Below, in pieces: positions 28,659 through 29,639 of a stretch of 29,639 nt of DNA (positions are counted from its first letter, which is position 1; each line of letters starts with the position of its first letter). This stretch comes from Octopus vulgaris (lineage: Eukaryota): assembly GCA_951406725.2 (NCBI GenBank), contig CATOCA020000036.1, positions 1 to 29,639 of the forward strand, read 5' to 3'. The notes under the pieces were generated by a model that was not told the origin of the DNA, searched no databases, and saw only the letters and a list, made by a program, of their open reading frames with translations. The position numbers were made by a program, and so were the translations under genes.

Positions 28659-28835
28659 CAGTGGTTCCCAACCATTTTTTGCCTTTGGATCCCTTTGATT
28701 CTTATTTTACTCTACAGGACCTCCATAGGAATTGTATAAAAAATTAAAACATTTTCTATATTGTAGAAGTATAAGCAATTTATTATGCATAAATTTTAAC
28801 AACAAAATCTTATATGGACTGCCAAAGGCCAGATT
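28659..28835 (+). mobile_element. hAT-like MITE remnant (one terminus)
   Basis: CAGTGGTTCCCAACC is a typical hAT/Charlie-type TIR. The partner TIR was not found and the right end is approximate. Confidence 0.4.
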
Positions 28836-29394
28836 GTTTCAGAGGAAAGAATTTTACTAGATGTATTCAATGAAAAATTTCATACACTACTATAGCTAAA
28901 TAAATAAACTGAACCAGAACAGATTACTTGTAGGTATTGTATGCAAACATCTAGTATTGATATGGTTTAGGCTGCAGTAGGAGTCTTCCTTGGGAATAAA
29001 ACAGATCACAAGGTAAAATTGCATGTACTCAAATTACCTTTTGACTAATTGTTCAATAACAAACCTGTTAACCTTTAGTCACTGATATTAAACAACTAGT
29101 TTATTTCAGTTAAGCTCACTTGATTGATCAGAATAAAAATTGACAGGGGAGCTAATTATTTTTGAATATATCTCATGTTTTAGTATCAAAATAGTTTCTT
29201 ATTTGCTTTTCCCTGATCTATATTTACCCCTTTTATCTGATATTTAGAACACAAAGGAATTACATAACTTCAAACTATTGGTAATACCTTTAATACTTGT
29301 AAACATCAGATAAAAACCAATGTTTTATTGATGATGCATAAAATAGTTTCAAAATAATTGCACTTTTAACTTTTTTTTTCTGTTTGCATTTTAG

Positions 29395-29639
29395 ATTGAC
29401 AAGCTAAATAGCTTTGATAACGAAGCTTATGCAGAGTTGGCTCAGCATTTATCTGATCTAGATTGGTACGCTTACAAAAATGAAAATTCTTCCATCATAG
29501 ACAACCTTTTCACTGGTCAGTTACTAGAAGCATATAATTGTAGCCGGAAAGGACATCTATCAATTCAGCCACAGACATTTGCTGTTTTACCAATCCCACT
29601 TGGAGAATCATTATCAGAATCTAATATATATCTTGAAGA
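29395..29639 (+). CDS. Coding exon (runs off the window) of a ubiquitin carboxyl-terminal hydrolase, USP/peptidase C19 family
   Basis: Strong acceptor (T)nCTGTTTGCATTTTAG|. The stop-free translation IDKLNSFDNEAYAELAQHLSDLDWYAYKNENSSIIDNLFTGQLLEAYNCSRKGHLSIQPQTFAVLPIPLGESLSESNIYLE matches the USP motif W..Y...N.SII.DLF.GQL.....C.....S.....F..L.LP. Confidence 0.85.
   Translation, partial: MDKLNSFDNEAYAELAQHLSDLDWYAYKNENSSIIDNLFTGQLLEAYNCSRKGHLSIQPQTFAVLPIPLGESLSESNIYLE

Overview
Eukaryotic, very AT-rich, repeat-dominated genomic DNA. The repeat style suggests an octopus or other coleoid cephalopod, but this is an inference from pattern recognition, not a database match. About a third of the window is (AT)n/(ATGT)n microsatellite, and the long Y/I/M/C 'ORFs' are artefacts of it. 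The rest is a patchwork of decayed mobile elements: CR1/L2-like and RTE LINE fragments, tRNA-derived SINEs, non-autonomous Helitrons, Penelope-like element (PLE) pieces including a GIY-YIG remnant, and small MITEs. Two phase-compatible + strand exons (26074-26180 and 29395 to the window end) encode part of a ubiquitin-specific protease (USP/C19) catalytic domain, so most of the window is probably one very large intron. The most striking structure is a near-perfect 294-bp palindrome (10750-11043). Each arm carries a minimal PLE-type hammerhead-ribozyme motif with a compensatory G3-C8 core swap. Two further hammerhead-like motifs lie in other PLE termini. The window also shows a Helitron insertion with a matching empty paralogous site, mosaic Helitrons, and a SINE/LINE pair sharing a 3' stem-loop with compensatory changes.
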